A stretch of DNA of 33,778 bases from Chiloscyllium plagiosum (taxonomy: Eukaryota): assembly GCF_004010195.1 (NCBI RefSeq), contig NC_057752.1:9596377-9630154 (forward strand), given 5' to 3'. Both the position numbers and the translations under genes were made by a program. Under the pieces are notes generated by a model, which was not told the origin of the DNA, searched no databases, and was given only the letters and a program-made list of their open reading frames with translations. The first letter of the stretch is position 1. Each line of letters begins with the position of its first letter. This document shows, in pieces, positions 31,873-33,778 of this stretch.

Positions 31873-33778
31873 TGTTGTGGTTCTGTTCGCTGAGCTGGAA
31901 ATTTGTGTTGCAGACGTTTCGTCCCCTGTCTAGGTGACGTCCTCAGTGCTTGGGAGCCTCCTGTGAAGCGCTTCTGTGATGTTTCCTCCGGCATTTGTAG
32001 TGGTTTGAATCTGCTGCTTCCGGTTGTCAGTTCCAGCTGTCCGCTACAGTGGCCGGTATATTGGGTCCAGGTTGATGTGTTTGTTGATAGAATCTGTGGA
32101 TGAGTGCCATGCCTCTAGGAATTCCCTGGCTGTTCTCTGTTTGGCTTGTCCTATAATAGTAGTGTTGTCCCAGTCAAACTGTCATCCGCGTATGTGTGGC
32201 TACTAAGGATAGCTGGTCGTGTCGTTTCGTGGCTAGTTGGTGTTCATGGATACGGATCGTTAGCTGTCTTCCTGTTTGTCTTATGTAGTGTTTTGTGCAG
32301 TCCTTGCATGGGATTTTGTACACTATGTTGGTTTTGCTCATGCTGGGTATCGGGTCCTTCGTTCTGGTGAGTTGTTGTCTGAAAGTGGCTGTTGGTTTGT
32401 GTGCTGTTATGAGTCCTAGTGGTCGTCTGGCTGTCAGTTCAGAAATGTTCTTGACGTATGGTAAAGTGGCTGGTCCTTTGGGTTGTGGCATGTCCTCATT
32501 CCGTTGTCTTTCCCTTAGGCATCTGTTGATGAAATTGCAGGGGTATCCGTTTTTGGTGAATACATTGTAGAGGTGTTCTTCTTCCTTTTTTTGCATTTCT
32601 GGTGGGCTGCAGTGTGTTGTGGCCCTTTTGAACAGTGTCTTGATGCAACTTCTTTTGTGTGTGTTGGGGTGGTTGCTTTCGTAGTTTAGGACTTGGTCTG
32701 TGTGTGTGGCTTTCCTGTATACCTTTGTGGTGAATTCTCCGTTAGGTGTTCTCTGTACCATCACGCCTAGGAATGGGAGTTGGTTGTCCTTTTCTTCCTA
32801 TCTAGTGAATCGGATTCCTGTGAGTGTGGCGTTGATGATCCGGTGTGTTTTCTATTTCTGTGTTTTTAATGATTACAAAGGTGTCATCCACATATCTGAC
32901 CCAGAGTTTGGGTTGAATTTGCGGTATGACTGTTTGTTCTAATCTTTGCATTACCGCTTCTGCTATGAGTCCAGAGATCGGTGAGCCCATGGGTGTGCCG
33001 TTGATTTGTTCATATCTTTGGTTGTTGAATGTGAAGTGTGTTGTGAGGCACAGGTCCGGTAGTTTGAGTATGCAGTCTTTGTTGATAGGTTCCCCGTCTT
33101 GTTGTCCGTTCTGTATGTCCAGCAGGTTGGCTATCGTTTCTCTGGCTAGGGTTTTGTCGATAGAGGTGAACAGTGCCGTTACATCGAATGAGACCATAGT
33201 TTCTTCCTTGTCTATGTGTATATTTCTGATGATGTCCAAGAATTCCTGTGTTGATTGTATAGAGTGTCTGGATCCGCTGATCAAGTGTTTCAGTTTCTGC
33301 TGTAGTTCTTTAGCCAGTTTGTGTGATGGTGTCCCTGGTAGTGATACGATGGGTCTGAGTGGGATATCTGGTTTGTGCACTTTAAGTAGTCCATAAAATC
33401 TGGGGGTGTTGTTGCTTTCAGGTTTCATTGTGCAGGTTCCTCAGTGTGTTGTTTATCTTATTGGTGAGCTGTGGGGTGGGGTCAAACTCCCCCTTTTGGT
33501 AGGTGTTAGTATCTGCAAGTAGTTGTTGCGCTTTCTGGATGTATTCTGCTTTGTCCAGGATGACCGTCATTCTGCCTTTGTCAGCTGGTAGTATGATTAT
33601 GTTCTTATCATTTCTTAGTGATTTTAGTGTTTCCCTCTCCTTGGTGTTGAGGTTAATGTGTTTGTCTTTTCCTTGTTATCAGCGGTACGATACTTTGTCT
33701 CACTGTTTGTTGTGTCTCTTCTGTCAGTCCATTGCTCCTGAGTGTGCATTCTAGTGCTGCTAGGAAATCTGCTGTCTT
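31873..33778 (-). mobile_element. Penelope-like element (Penelope/Poseidon type): RT plus GIY-YIG endonuclease, frameshifted, runs off the window end
   Basis: PLE-specific PADKG motif (~33575-33590). RT motifs VSFDVTALFTSI, QINGTPMGSP and RYVDD (ORF 32802-33428). Thumb VYRKATHT and endonuclease IVYKIPCKDC.KHYIRQT (ORF 32174-32764), where YIG has become YIR. Confidence 0.95.
31910..31949 (-). ncRNA. Minimal type I hammerhead ribozyme in the PLE terminal repeat
   Basis: Minus strand reads GCA CTGAGGA C GTC-A-CCT-AGAC-AGG-G-GAC GAAA CG TC|TGC. Stem I is GCA/UGC and stem II is GUC/GAC plus CCU/AGG. The CUGANGA and GAAA boxes are intact, with a GUC cleavage triplet. A palindromic ACGU replaces stem III. 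Confidence 0.85.

Overview
Vertebrate genomic DNA, very probably a shark: HE1-type V-SINEs, SacSINE1-like DeuSINEs, CR1, Rex1, Tx1 and Penelope-like elements are all present. The window holds the 3' part of BAZ2A (TIP5) on the minus strand. I traced 11 coding exons by hand (30254 to 7334). They have GT-AG sites and matching phases, total 2394 nt (797 aa plus stop), and encode WHIM2/WSD, AT-hook, WHIM3, PHD finger and bromodomain regions. A probable ~3.9 kb 3' UTR follows, then a CpG-island promoter of a neighbouring transcription unit at ~700-1310. The introns are packed with nested retroelements. The most interesting signal comes from Penelope-like elements (PLEs). A Poseidon-type PLE carries an intact minimal type I hammerhead ribozyme in the BAZ2A sense orientation. 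A 2.5 kb inverted (fold-back) Neptune-type PLE composite has its own target-site duplication (TSD). Many short (100-200 bp), non-coding, hammerhead-motif-bearing PLE-terminus elements also occur; some are palindromic, several have TSDs, and they repeatedly hit the same two sites inside DeuSINEs. Repeat family names are from memory of consensus sequences, not from database searches.
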